A DNA stretch of 64,000 bases from Schizochytrium sp. TIO01 (Eukaryota > Protista > Bigyra: Labyrinthulomycetes): contig SMSO01000007.1 in the NCBI GenBank assembly GCA_004764695.1, positions 1,805,270 through 1,869,269 on the forward strand, given 5' to 3'. Positions 31,114 through 44,100 of this stretch are shown here, in pieces. The position numbers and the translations under genes are program-made. The stretch's first letter is position 1; each line of letters starts with the position of its first letter. Under the pieces are notes generated by a model. That model had not been told where the DNA came from. It saw only the letters and a list, made by a program, of their open reading frames with translations, and did no database searches.

Positions 31114-32160
31114 TTATTTCTCCTGTCCCACACGAGCTAGAAGCTCGCGAGCCTGTTTGACAATCTCCTCATCCTCAGGGTTGATCACAAGTCGGCGAGT
31201 GGTGTAATCTGCCCATTCGGCTGCCTTGGCTTTGTCGCCGATCTTTTCGTAGGTCTTGGCGAGCATAAGAGCATTCTTGTTCCAAAATTCAGGCTGTACC
31301 TCTTCTGCGCGCTGGAAGTATTTGAGTGCTTCCTCGTAGCTTGAAGTTGGGGGCGTAGCGTACATGGTTGTTACAAGCGTGCGTTGCCACCAAGTCAGCT
31401 CAGCAAGTTCGTAGCACCACTGTCCAAGGCAATAATAGGACATTCCGTCGCGCGGGTTGTATTTGGCTGCTGTCTCAAAGAACTCTCGCATCTCATTCAG
31501 GTGAGTGATAGTATACTTGTGACCTTCGAATTCTCCGATGGCCTGAATTGCAATGCCACACCAGTAGTGCGACCTGAAATCTTGGGGTGCTACCTTTAGT
31601 GCCTCTTGGGCGTACTTGAGAGAGTCGTGCGCAAGCTCCTCACGTTGCTCCTTGGTACCGCACACAGCTTGGTCTCCCGAGTCCTTACTGTATACCAAAT
31701 TGTAGCATGCGCGTGCCAAACGCCAGCAAAGATCTGCTTTCTCGGCGGTGTCAGTGCTCCTAGTGTACATTTCTGTGAGCCTCTCCAGACACCTCGAGAG
31801 GTTTCCGTTTACGCCACGCTGCTCGTACAGCACGTCAACATCCTGGAGATCGCCAGCGGCCACACCGTCGAGAAGCTCGATCTTAGGAGGTTCGCACAGC
31901 GCAGAGGACGTCGAAGCCCCATAGATTGATTCCTGGGAGCTCAATGTCGAAGTCGCAAGCAGAGCTACGGTGGCGCTGGCGGCGAGTCCAAGCCTGGCCA
32001 ACGAGGAACTGGCGGAGGATGCGGATGAGGCTGAGGCGGCTGTGGAGGTGGACAACGACGCCCTGCCAGAAGGCACCGAGGCCCAGGCACGGCTTGAGAG
32101 CTGTTGGCGACCCCGCACGAGTCGTGCAGCGGCACGGGCGGTCTTGCCTGTGCGAATCAT
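31114..32160 (-). CDS. RMDN1: Regulator of microtubule dynamics protein (RMDN1/FAM82-like, TPR-like) with probable mitochondrial presequence
   Basis: First ATG at 32160 (MIRTGKTARAAARLVRGRQQLSSRAW, Arg/Ala/Ser-rich). Motifs LCWRLARACY, HYWCGIAI, LGQWCYELAELTWWQR...ATPPTSSYEEALKYFQRAEEVQPEFWNKN. Confidence 0.88.
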   Translation of the reverse strand: MIRTGKTARAAARLVRGRQQLSSRAWASVPSGRASLSTSTAASASSASSASSSLARLGLAASATVALLATSTLSSQESIYGASTSSALCEPPKIELLDGVAAGDLQDVDVLYEQRGVNGNLSRCLERLTEMYTRSTDTAEKADLCWRLARACYNLVYSKDSGDQAVCGTKEQREELAHDSLKYAQEALKVAPQDFRSHYWCGIAIQAIGEFEGHKYTITHLNEMREFFETAAKYNPRDGMSYYCLGQWCYELAELTWWQRTLVTTMYATPPTSSYEEALKYFQRAEEVQPEFWNKNALMLAKTYEKIGDKAKAAEWADYTTRRLVINPEDEEIVKQARELLARVGQEK

Positions 32161-35100
32161 GTTGAGGAGTTCTTGCGAGGCTGCAGGAATGGAATGTGTC
32201 GGGGAAGTATGGATATAGATATAGAGGAGGTCAGAGTCAAAGTGATAGAAGTGGAGCAAGCTCCTTGAAATGGTCTTTGGTTCCCGGTGAAGGGGGTTTG
32301 CTGCGAGGCAGGTGTCTCGAGCGAGTTTAATTTAGGTCTGCTGCTCTGCCGGCGATTGCTGGCGGCTTCGCTGTGCGCGTCGGGAGATTGAAAACTTTAA
32401 AAGAAAGAAAAGAAAAGAAAAACCTTTGAGGAAACTAACTAACTAACATGAAGAAAGAAAAAGACTCTTCCTTTTTTTTCTTACTAATATATATATCCAT
32501 ATATAGAGAGATATCTTTATTTTATTTTATTTTAAACAATTTTTAAAGGCTGGCACTCCACTATAATAACGCAAGAGAAAGAAAAGAAAGAAAGGCCTTG
32601 TTTTCTCGAGAGATTATGCATGGCTTGCGTAACACGAAAGCGGGTTGGTTTCCTCTTGAACTCCACTCGTAGCAAAGCGGTTTTTATCCTTCCTCGGCGG
32701 TCATCCTCCGGGCTCGAGAGCGCGAAGAGCTCGGAAACAACGCAGGCGATTATTAAGCATGCACGTATCTGTCTACACGCAGAAGAAATCGAATTACATT
32801 CCTTCTCTTTTCCTATTATTCTCTCATACTTTCTCTCTTCTTTCTTCTTCCTTTTCCCGTTCTCTGGGATCTTTCTTTCTTTCTTTCTTGCGTTCTTTTG
32901 TTCTTTCGTTCTTACCGAAAGGAAGACTCTGCTCAGAAGGCTCAGAGCTTGTCCTTCGGTTCTTCTTTCGTCCACGCAATCTGAGGAGTGGTGGTTGAGC
33001 AGGGCTATAGGGCATTATGTTGTCTGTCTTTAATGCGGGTCTGTTCTTCACGAGTCGAAAGTCAACGCGAAGCAATCAACTTCTGATCTTGTAGAGCAGG
33101 CAGTTTTATTCTATTTACTTTATTTTTTCACCTCAATATTACCATTTGTATAACACAAAAGAAACGAAACTTTAAAAAAGAATTTCACGATAAGTGGATC
33201 CTCACGGTATCTTCTTCATTCATGCTCTTCTTCACTCTCGCTTGGAACTCGTGTGTCCATACCAAGGCGTTCCATTGTCTCGCGTGTAGTCTTCGATCCC
33301 CAGTATGCCTTTGCACAGAGCGAAGGTCAAAGAACTTGACATCTTCGATACTGACCGACAGACTCACGGAGTTCTATGCTTACTTTTAAAGTTTTTTTTT
33401 AAGTTTTTTTTTTTAATGTTCTTCGCATCGTTTAAAGTTACTTCTAAACTAAAAAAAGAAAATAGCTTCAAGATCGATTTCTACACGTTTTGCTGGGTCG
33501 CCTTTGCTCTAAGCAGTATGCAAGCGATCCTTCCGAGGGATTCCTCTCACGATGACGACGTCTACTCTTCTTTCGTGGAGTTGTACCTCGCTGTCCCTCC
33601 CCTCTTCATTGCAGTAATAATCAAATAAATCCCTGACCTCATTCTTTTCAATAATTACATTAATGAAAAATTAATTTAAAACGTTTTCAAAGTACAACTC
33701 CTGATCTTCACTTCATAGTAACGCACAAAATAGCAACTCCCAGAAAGCCTTCCTCTCAGGTTTCTAGAACTACTCTGTGCGCCCTTTAAAGTCTTTCACG
33801 CACATAGGCCTTTTTATACTCATGCCATGCCCGCATAAAATGTTGTTAGACCTTTTGAGATACACGTTGTCTGATAAATGTTTAAAAATTTATAAGATAA
33901 TTAAACTTTGATACAAGCCACGGTGAATGGGAATGAAGGGAATGAGGGGTATTCTAGAAAAGGGAGACCATCGCGATGGGTGGCTCATGTGCCTTGAGGG
34001 GAACAAGCGGGAAAGAGAGGAGGAATAGGAAATGGTAGCAAGAAACGTGAAGAAACAGGCAGCAGAAGAGAACGCGGAGGCAGAACTACGCAGCCCAGAG
34101 ACCATTATTCGCGAACTCTTTCGGTGGTACACGCCTTCGTGAGCATTAAATGCAGCTTTCAACTCGGCCTCCTTTATTCTTGGTCAAGATGTTCTCGCGT
34201 TGTATTTTTTTTTTTTGTATTTTTTTTTCTGTAGTTGTTGTTGTTTAACTTTGCTACATCGATCTTGACAAAGGAAACGTTTACTCTTCTTCCTTCTTAT
34301 TTCTCTAATTCCTTCTGCTGGCTAATATAGAGAAGCACAGAGCTAGCTAGCTAAATCTACTGCTGCTCAATTGTCGCTGGGCGGGTGAAAAAACTTAGGC
34401 TGCGCCGAAGCTAGAAGACACACGGCAGCTTCCCTGAAGTCTGCGTCGAAAGGCCAGCTGCTAAGACGCAAACACCTTGCGGCTTCAGCGAGTAGTTTCT
34501 AGAAGAATTGCGGCGGCTACTGTGATCGTGTTGTAGTTTACAAAATGTGATCGAAATATATCACTTTTTAGTTTACATTTTCTTTTTTAGATCAAGGAAA
34601 AGCTTACATCAAGGTAAGCATTGAAACTTATGAGGTTTATCGATTTGATGAGACCACGGCATCCACGAACAGGGCAGTGGCGGAGCTGGACGAAACAAAG
34701 GACTCTTCCACCGCAGGCACTTTTTGGTCTACATGAGCAGCTTGTGAACGATCGTGCGATAGAGCTGCACAGTCCCCGTAAACGAGGCCCAATTAAAAAA
34801 GAAATCGAATCCCTGCTGGGAGAAACATCTGCTACAGATGCATTCTTGTAAATTACTGGAGACTGCTTCCTGCAGGCCCTGCGGAGGATTCGGGTATCAT
34901 AAACTCATTAAACTTGTTCGTAACTTGAACCGCTGCTATTGCGTAGCAATATCTTTGGAGAGATCTCCAAACAATAAAAAGAAAATGCATTATCCATATA
35001 GATATTGATCTTTCAATGTTTAGCTTCAACGAACCTGCGGAACGTGCCTCACAACACAGTTCACAAAGACTCGTCGTACAATTAAGTACACAGGTAATGC

Positions 35101-38100
35101 ATAAATCACGAACTCCTTCTTTTAAAGTAATTTGCAACAACTTTTAAAGATTGTCTAGGGTCTTCATTTTAGAATGGCTGTACCTATCTTAAGATATCTC
35201 CATCCTTCATGTAGGGGGGGACAACCTATAATCGTGATCTGACGATAAGCTCACTCTTACCAGCATAGTGTTTCATTTGACGCAGAGGAGAGATGTTCTC
35301 CTACGATGATTAAAATTTATAAAAGTTAAGTAGTTTTGGGGAGCAGAAGCTGAGCGACTCTTACGATTTCTCTTTATATTTTATTGAAGAAAATCCTGGC
35401 GTTGTAATACGGTGCCAACGAACATCACGCAAGGTCACACATGAACGTAAAATAGGTTTTTCTTCGAAATAACCCTTAATTTGTACCACAAAGTTTTCAC
35501 CAAAGCATTGAGGAGAACGGTACTATTACCTCTAAGATTCCAATGGATACTGATTTGGAAATTATCGCATTGCAATATATTGTCATTGTGTTTTCAGCGT
35601 GAATTTAGTCTCTCGCCTTGTGGCTTTTGCACATCAATAATATGAACCTGTTAATCCTGCGAATTTTCTTCTCAACGCTAACATTCGCCCGGATTATCCG
35701 TGAGCAAGTTAGCCGGGGCGTTCCCTCCTTGTCTTGCAAATCGAGCACTTCTTTTCCGGCATCCCCGCTGTGCATCCAATGTGAGTTGTCTCCCCGCCGG
35801 TTAGTTCCTGATTGAGGACACTAAAAGGTTGGGTGAGGGTCGCCCATCACCGGTGAAGTCACTAATCTCTGCAAGCCGCGGCAATCTGATCTCGCCAAAA
35901 AGCAAAGTCACACTCCCATCCCCATGAGTTACCATTAGATAGGTACTTAGTACTTGTCAACCCCAAGATTTGCAAGAGTTCTACTGTCATCTTTCCAGAG
36001 CATCTTCAATTTATAAAACGCTACTATACCTTAAGCTTTTAAAACTTACCACTAGGAATACAAGCTTTTTTAAAAAATAATTTTGATGATTGTTTTGTAA
36101 GATTTTAGTATTTTTTTGAATGAAAATAGAAACATTTTCATGAGTTAACTAGGGAGGAAGAAGAAAAAAATATCTATTCGAAAGTGAACAAATCAGAATT
36201 GGAGGCAACGTCATTCATGAAAGAGTTTGAGTTGATTGAATGGCCTCGAAATTTTCCACAATCGCCAACGCTGACCGAAAGTCTGCAGTAGAACCAACAA
36301 AGAGCGTGCTTCTCGGGGGCTTCAAGAAAGCATAGAAGCAGTCAGTGGAGAACTCGGAAGACGTTCTAGGTGTTTTGATGTGATTCTCATCTCAGCTCAC
36401 AAGTACCCAAAGCAGAAGCCGAGCAAGGCAAAAAGAACGCCACATGCTAGCGACCCTTGTACGGGTCGTGATTGATATGAGCGAGATTAAAGGGGCTCGA
36501 ACGAGGTGCGGGTTCTTGAGGTTCCGAAGAGTCGTTCGGGGGTCTTTGCAGAAGGGAAGTGCAAAAGGCTGAGAGCTGTGCAAGAGATGGGCAACGCCAA
36601 AATGCTCAACGCTCTTGTTGTGTTCTATGTTGCGCAAAGTATGTGGTCGATGATGCGGTGAGAACCGTTCGAAGAGAACTGCGGGTTCTCTTCCTTGACC
36701 CAGATTACACCATTGTGGTTAATCTTTATTTAATCTTAAACAAGCTGACACGAAGTGCTGACTTCAAAAATGTGGTGATTCTTTATGGAGATAGCCTACA
36801 GTCTAGGGCGGCTTCAGCGAGGTGGCCCGGGAGGCTCGATGCACGCCTAAGAGTTCTTGCTTTATATTGGTTCTAGTCCATGGCAGGAGCAGGGTTCTCT
36901 TTAAGAACGAACGACCTAGAAACGAAAGGAGAGGAGAAGTTATACAAGAGGAGGTTGAAGAAAAGCACAATAAAAATTATTGGGTTAGAATATCACTTTT
37001 TTTGGCCTCCCTAATCCTCAAACTACCATATGTGCCTGCCATAACAATAAAGCGGTCCAAAGGATTGTTACGTGAAACCAGTTTGTGGTGAAGCTCGAAC
37101 TTGTGTGCGCATGAGCATTTAAATGTCCGCACGCTTGGGGTTTGCTAGTAATTTCCAGGGCTACCAATATTGAGTTCTTTTTGGTGCTGGTGGAACAATG
37201 GAGAAAGTGAGGAGGCAAATCGAACGGACGTCAAATCTTACCTCTTTGGACTTGGAAATACTCTTTCTCTAAACAAACAAGATAAGTTTAACACAGAGTA
37301 CAGGTTTTAAGCTATTCCCCCAAACAACAAAAGAACAAAACATGAAATTAAGCACCAGGTGTCTGCATTTTGTGTCGCTAGTTTCTCCTGATAAGCAACG
37401 GTAATGTTTTTCCATGCTTCCAATGTTTTGTTTTTTTAACTCAAACTCTTTGCAATACATGTAAATTGAGGCTCATGATATCACTCTCGAGCTCTGACGG
37501 TTACAATCTTTGCTAAGAGGTGCTGACTGTAACAGATAATGTTTTGTTGTGCCACAGTGGAACGTGGACAACAGTTGACTACAACGCCATTTTGAAGTTG
37601 TTTGTAGAGGCCTGTCTTCATGGGAGCATATAATTTTGGATCATCTGCCTGGAATATTTGATGGGTACCCTATAAAAGAAGCCCACAAGTTCTTTTTCTT
37701 TTCAGGGAACTATCTCAAAGAATTTACCAATTTATATGGCGATGTGTTTTGATCTTGTGGTGACATTTTCTGAGGAAAAGTAAGCCTGCGAACAATCTAG
37801 ATTGGAAGATATGTTACAAGTTCTGTACTTGAATATCCTCTGTTTCAGAGAGCTGATTATGAACATGAGGATGGCAGTTTCTGTTGATGTAGAGTAAAAG
37901 GATAAATCAAATTATTTAGTTTTGTAAAACGTAGAAAGATGTTGTCGAACAGAGTACGAGGCAAGGGTACCTTTTTTCTATTTTGTACTACTACTACTAC
38001 TAATACTACATGCCTCCAGGAACTCCCTTCCTCTTTTCAAAGCTAACCGGTTGTTGCTAGTGCAGGTCTATTTGGCCGACAAATCTACTTCCTATCTACT

Positions 38101-38185
38101 GCGGTAGTCGATTCGTAAGAAAAGGTACTTATTGCTGCGCTTCGATTATGAAGTGAGACGCTCTGAATTAGATATGCAGTGCGCA

Positions 38186-39682
38186 TTAGCAAACACCGTT
38201 GGTGCTGTTATCGTTAGCGTAGTGCTCAATGTTGGTCCCCAAAAGGTGCGAGGTGATGTTGCGCGAAAGCTTGTGGCGAAGGAGAGCGATGTCTTTCTTG
38301 TCAAGCTTACGGCGCTTCTTGAAGTGAATGGACTCGTCACGGTACTTTTCATTTTTGGGGTGAAGCAGATGAGACGGATGTTCCTCGTAGAACTTGATTG
38401 CGCGATTGATGTCCTCAATGAGAAGGCGGATCATGTTACGACTGAGGTTCTGTTTGACAACAGCACGCATAATGACTAGATGCTTGGCTCCCTCCGGGCA
38501 CTGGTAAGCCGGAACTGTCCAGCCACGGGCCTTGAGCGCATCCTGGAGGTCATAAAGTGTGAAGCCAGATTTGACCGGGTCCTTGAGGCAAAACGCGACC
38601 AAAGGCATATCCTGGGTATCCTTGATCTCAAAATGACCAGTCGAAAGAAGCATGTCACGTAAGTAAGCAGCGTTGCTGAGGCCGTTCTTCATCATGGCAG
38701 TGTAGCCGCCCTTACCAAGACGCAGGAACATGTAGTACTGCGCCAAAATGGTAGATGCCGGCTTACTGAAGTTGAGTGTAAGACTAGACTGGCTGCCACC
38801 AAGGTAGTCCACAGTGGTGACGAGGTCATCAGGGCATGACGCCTTCTCACTAAAGATGAGCCATCCGAGACCGGCGTAGGTAAGACCAAACTTGTGACCA
38901 CTGACGTTGATACTCTTGACCTGAGGGAGACGAAAGTCCCACTTGAGCTCAGGGCGGGTAAAAGGAGCGATGAAGCCTCCGGAAGCAGCATCAACATGAA
39001 CCGGGATGTTCCAGCCGTTGGCATCATTAATCCGCTGCACCATCTCGCAAATGCCTGCAACATCTTCAAACTCTCCGTTGAAGGTGCTTCCGAGAATAGG
39101 GCAAACACCGATGGTGTTTTCATCGCAAAGTTTCTCGGCACGCTCGGCAGTAAGAACAAGTTTGTCCTCAGAAATCGGGGCTTCGCGACCTTCAATCTCA
39201 AAATACTTGCAAGCCTTGTGCCAGCAGCACTGCACATTGGCACCAAAAACAAGGTTGGGCTTGTACTCGCCAGTGATGCCCTTCTCCTTACGCCAGGCGC
39301 GGTGGCGCCACTTCATGGCAAGACAGGCAAGCATGATTGCCTCACTAGAACCGACACACGCCGTACCAGTGGCCTTGCCATCCTCAATGGTGGCGTTAAA
39401 TAAGTTGCCGATCATGTTGACACAGCGCTGGTGGATTGCAGTGGTGGTCGGGTACTCGTCGAAGTCAATAGCGTTGACCCGCATTCCTACGCGCATGAGT
39501 TCCTCAGCTTCAGGCTCCATGAAGGTTGTCACAAAGGTGGCCAAGTTCTGCAGAGTAGATCCATCGAGGAGCATTTCATCCTGGATTATCGTCTTGGCAC
39601 AGGCGGCCGGCATACCTTCATCAGGAATTGTGAGGCTAGGTGCCATTTGCATGGCCATATCAGATGCATACACCTCCTTCAT
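38186..39682 (-). CDS. GAD: Glutamate decarboxylase (PLP-dependent, plant/fungal/bacterial GadB type)
   Basis: NLATFVTTFMEPEA, DEYP, GSSEAIMLA, ILGSTFNGEFEDV, HVDAASGGFIAPF, WDFRLP, PLP-lysine motif SINVSGHKFGL, TLNFSKP, RGWTVPAY. Confidence 0.96.
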   Translation of the reverse strand: MKEVYASDMAMQMAPSLTIPDEGMPAACAKTIIQDEMLLDGSTLQNLATFVTTFMEPEAEELMRVGMRVNAIDFDEYPTTTAIHQRCVNMIGNLFNATIEDGKATGTACVGSSEAIMLACLAMKWRHRAWRKEKGITGEYKPNLVFGANVQCCWHKACKYFEIEGREAPISEDKLVLTAERAEKLCDENTIGVCPILGSTFNGEFEDVAGICEMVQRINDANGWNIPVHVDAASGGFIAPFTRPELKWDFRLPQVKSINVSGHKFGLTYAGLGWLIFSEKASCPDDLVTTVDYLGGSQSSLTLNFSKPASTILAQYYMFLRLGKGGYTAMMKNGLSNAAYLRDMLLSTGHFEIKDTQDMPLVAFCLKDPVKSGFTLYDLQDALKARGWTVPAYQCPEGAKHLVIMRAVVKQNLSRNMIRLLIEDINRAIKFYEEHPSHLLHPKNEKYRDESIHFKKRRKLDKKDIALLRHKLSRNITSHLLGTNIEHYANDNSTNGVC

Positions 39683-41084
39683 GGTGATATTGCTGTTCTT
39701 CTTCTTTTATCCTTACGTCTTCGCCACCTTGCCCTAGCGGATCAATGCTCAACGTAGCCTCGGGTTCACCAGCTCTGACACAGCTGCTGGTCACTCACTT
39801 TACAGGTCCCCAATCTCGATTCGGGTTTGCTGCCACCACAATCATGATTCTCCAAGATCCTCCTCTCCATAGATGGATAGCACTGCGAGCGTCTCTGCTA
39901 GCACTGTCCTACCCACCCTGGTAAGAGTGGCATTTTTTACTTCCACGAAGCGCACATCATCGTGCACCTCAAGAAAAGCCGAGGCGCCTACAGGTTAATC
40001 TTACGCAGGGGTAACGCTGGCGTTGTAGCGCTTCGCGTAGCGTAAGCCAAAACAGAAAGATCACGGCTACGAGTTCTTCCGTTGAGTCGCTTCACAATCA
40101 ATCTCCACACGCCTGCCTGCCTCACACGTATAACTTTCATGATTCAATTCTTTCTTGATTTCCAAAGAATTAAAAACTTTGACGATCAAATGAAAGAAGA
40201 AATATACATGTCTCAAGACTCGCACCTGCCGTAAGCTAGAGCTAGAGCGCTTAGTTCTTTCTTTAATTTTGTTTTAAAGAAACGTGTATCAAGTTCTCTT
40301 TTTTTCTACTTTTTTCTTCTTTTTCAAAATTAAATAAATAATAATTAAAATAATAAATATATAGATATATCCTCTTTTTCTTTTCTTCTCTTTTTTTTTG
40401 TTTTAAGGTGGGGAAGCGCAACCGAGTTGTAGAGAGCCTGAAAAGATGATCGAATCGACGAGTGCCTTCGTACGTACTAATTACATGGCACCTCTAAAGG
40501 CTGCGGTCGTAGCACATTGCGTTGGGACGATTCAGGGCTCGCGACCGACTTTCGCTTCGACTGGCCAGGGAGGCGACGGGGCGAATGGATTGATTGAATT
40601 GTATGACTCGATTCACTCGTTTCACGTTCGATTCCTTCTGTCAAGTTTAGGTTTCCTTCTTACAAGATGGACCTCATCTCCATCTTGTCCAAGTTCTACA
40701 GCTCGTTGGCCAAAGACACAGAAATAGCTCCAGGCTCAAGCTGAGCATGGTCGATAGACAGACAGGCAGCCAGCTGGCCATAGGTATCCATCCGTGCATC
40801 CTCGTGTTTGCAAGAAACCCTCATGGCTGGAGATGAGGACAGAACCAAGTCGAGTTCTTCTTGGTCTACTTCGTGCCCTCCTTGAAAGCGGCAGAGCCTC
40901 TAATAAGCATTTCGCGTTGAACTCGCCTTGGCTTCGACCTCTTCCATGCACTCTCCGCAACGCAGCGGCGGCCTTCCAAGCGACGAGGGCTGTCGAAGTC
41001 CTCGCACGAGGAGGCCACGAGTTGAATAACCCAATCAATCATTCGTTTGCCATCCCGAGGAAGACACAACTAACTTCGCATCAG

Positions 41085-41195
41085 TTGCTTGCTTTGCTTT
41101 GCTTTGCATTGCTTTACTCTGATTTACATTTCTTTGCTCTGATTTGCATTGCATTGCATTGCATTGCATTGATTGCTTTACTTTGCTTGGCTTGC
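41085..41195. repeat. Degenerate pentanucleotide microsatellite (TTGCT/TTGCA)n
   Basis: ttgcttgctttgctttgctttgcattgct...tgcattgcattgcattgcattgcattg read directly. Confidence 0.85.
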
Positions 41196-44100
41196 CTGCG
41201 TCAAGATCGAGAGGACAAGGATTTGTTTGTTCATCCATCGCGAGCTGCGGCCCGAACGAGCTAGCTCCTGTCCACATCGGTTGGCAGCCTATATCTTGCG
41301 GAGCAGAGCAGAGCAGAGCAGAGCACCCCAATGATATCTTCGACTCATTGTTGCGTATGCCACGCAGAGGATCTCGGCAACACGAGATTAACGCGGCGAG
41401 GGGGATTCGTTTGAGACGGTCATCAATCTTGACGAGCTCCTCGAAGAAAGTCAGCAAGACATTCATTCCGCCAGAACGCCACCCCGCCGAGAAGGTCTCT
41501 GTCGCAACCGTCGAGCTGCCAAGTTGTTGTTTTTTAATCGTTTGCGGTGCAGCATGCACGCACCTCCGTCGCAACAATCGCAAACCTTCGAGGCCGCGCT
41601 CGTCTCCAAGCGCCAGGATCACACGAAATGCAATCCGTGCAGGGCTTCCCCACCTGAGTGGAGTTCGTGCAGCTCGACCAGCACAACCAAAACGCACGGA
41701 GCAGAGAGGCTCTGCTGCTTGCTTGAAGCCCACCAGACCCGAGGCCTCTGCGCACCTCTGTTGCTGCCGCTCGTCCACTGAGCTGCTCCAACCGAGCGCC
41801 TCGAGCAGCTCGCAGACCTCCGCGACCTCGCCAACCGCAAGAACTTGGCAAGCCAACGTCCAAGGCGCCTGAGGCCTCCTCCTGCTTAATCTCGTATCAA
41901 CCCCTGAGTTGCATTTACTTTCTTCCTCCGCACTTACCTACCTTCTGCCCCTTAGTAATCAATGCATTCTAACTAACGCAGAGACATAACAAAAGCTAAG
42001 GCGGCTAAAACTTTGTGAAATTAATTGAAGAAATATTTTAATTCTTTTTAAAGAAATAATAAACTAAAGCACATTCTCATTATAGGCTGATTAATTAATT
42101 AATTAATTATAAAGTGGAGGCGATAGGAACTAGAGATTCGTTCATTCATTCATTCATTCATTCATGCATGCATGCATTCCCTCGCGTCCCTTCGAGGCTT
42201 CAGCTCGGGTTTCCGACCTCCTCGGGGCCTTCGGGCGCCCCCTCTCTCGGCCCACGCTTCTTATCTTTCGCAAGAAGAAGAAGAGGAGGTCGACGCCGCC
42301 TTTGCTCTGCAAATTTTTGTTGCAGCTGCTGCTGATCAATTAATTAATTCTTTCTGCGCTCAGAATCAGAACTTCGAAGGATGTCGCGTTGAAAGAGTCC
42401 CTGAGCCTCGTCGTTTTACTCCCACAATGACCCCCAGTCCCACCCTGGCCTGCGCCGGGAGCGGTGAGGTGGACGACGTGGAAAGGACGTGGGGGGTACG
42501 GTGGGCGTCTGCCGGAACCGCTAGGTTCGTCCTTGGAGGGGAAACGCTCTGCGCCGAATCCCTGAAAGTCCACAGATTTGTTTGCAACCGCAAAACATTC
42601 TCCATTCGCTCATCCCATCGCGAGAAGGCGACGGAGATGGATGCAATGCGTGGATTCGTGAACTCATCACGAACTCACGAACTCACGAACTCACGAAGTC
42701 TTGAATTTCTTGAATTTATGAATTCCATGAATGGACCTACTAATAAGCTGCGAAGGAGCGAATGCTGTCTGTGCTGGTCACGCAGGTTGTTGAGACTGGA
42801 ATGGTGCTCAGACTGGAGCTATCGTAGTCATCATCATCATCATCATCATCATCCTTATCATCGCCGTCATTGGGCACAATTTAGAAGATGAAATGTCACA
42901 ATCGATTGATTGATGGTTCGATTGATTGATGGTTCGATTGATTGGTCAATTGATTGCTCTGCACGTACGTACATACAGAGATAGCGACCAAAACACTCGA
43001 AGGATAGGATAGGTACAGATACAGATGGCAGATGAGACTGACTGTGTATTGCTTTCTGGCAAAGCCAAGCAAATACGATGCGACCTTATAACGAGGCGCT
43101 CTTCGGGCCTCGAGCTGATGAGGCCGAACCTGGCATCGCCTACAGTAGCAGCAGCAGCAGCAGCAACGAACTCTGTAGCGACAACCCTCAAACTTGTTGA
43201 TCTATCGATCATCCATCGATCGACCAAACTTCTCTTTGGTTTGAGACGCCTCCGTGGCTCCTCACTCCTAGTCATCTGGTAGATACTCCTATCACCATGA
43301 TCATGTATTACACCACAGAGGAAAACAAAGCACCGAAGCTCAGCAAAACGCAGAGTGACTCATGGTAGGAGTCCCTTTGCGAAGAAAAAGTGACGAAAGT
43401 TGAAAGATTTTTGAGAAAGGTGATCAACAAGAAAGTGATTCGTTGATTTAGAAGCATGGGAATGATGGCGCTGATGACAGAGGCATAGAGCGCGAGGGTG
43501 CGAGATTGCAGTGGACAGCTTGAAGGCAGCATTGAAGATGGTTCCAAGCTGGTTTCGGATATACATATATTTATATTTATATAGACACAGATTGGTTTGT
43601 TTATTTTTTTATTATCTAAAGTTGAAGAAGTCTACGAACTTGAGGATTGTGGAGGCGATAGATAAGAAGAACTGATTCGTGCGAGGTCGTAGGTACGATC
43701 TGGCCAGCGAGAACAATGGAGACGAACTCCGGACTGGAGAACTTGGAGAACTTGGAGAACCGGCACGGCTTGGAGGCAGATGATTAACTTCAATCGCAAC
43801 GAGGAAGATCATGGTGGCCTGAGGGCTGGCGGCGTTGGGATTCACTCACAAATTAGGCAGCAAGGCGACTCGCAGCCAGCGCTCTGAGCGAGCCAAGAGC
43901 TGGCGCCGAATCGACCATGCAGATAAATGCGGAGGAACAGCCATGCATGATACTGGCGAGTGATTCATCGCAGCCAGAAGGTCGAGCTTCAAGGTGACCG
44001 CGCCATTCGGCAAGCGGCAAGAGCTTCAGGTTCTTCAAGGTGCTCGCTGCGATATCGGGGCAGAACTGAAGTGCTAGGCCGCCCAAGAGCAAAGCCAATC

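Noticed and set aside
32532-33075. K/E/R-rich and F/L/S-rich ORFs
   Set aside because: Translations of a polypyrimidine/polypurine low-complexity tract.
1095-39682. Functional gene cluster (polyamine/GABA, or translation quality control: capping, DTD, eEFSec)
   Set aside because: The genes are separated by unrelated loci on mixed strands, with no sequence evidence of co-regulation.
41035-42891. ORFs of 239-273 aa in the gene-poor region
   Set aside because: They run through microsatellites and have no recognisable motif. At most they are decayed fragments, covered in the gene-desert finding.
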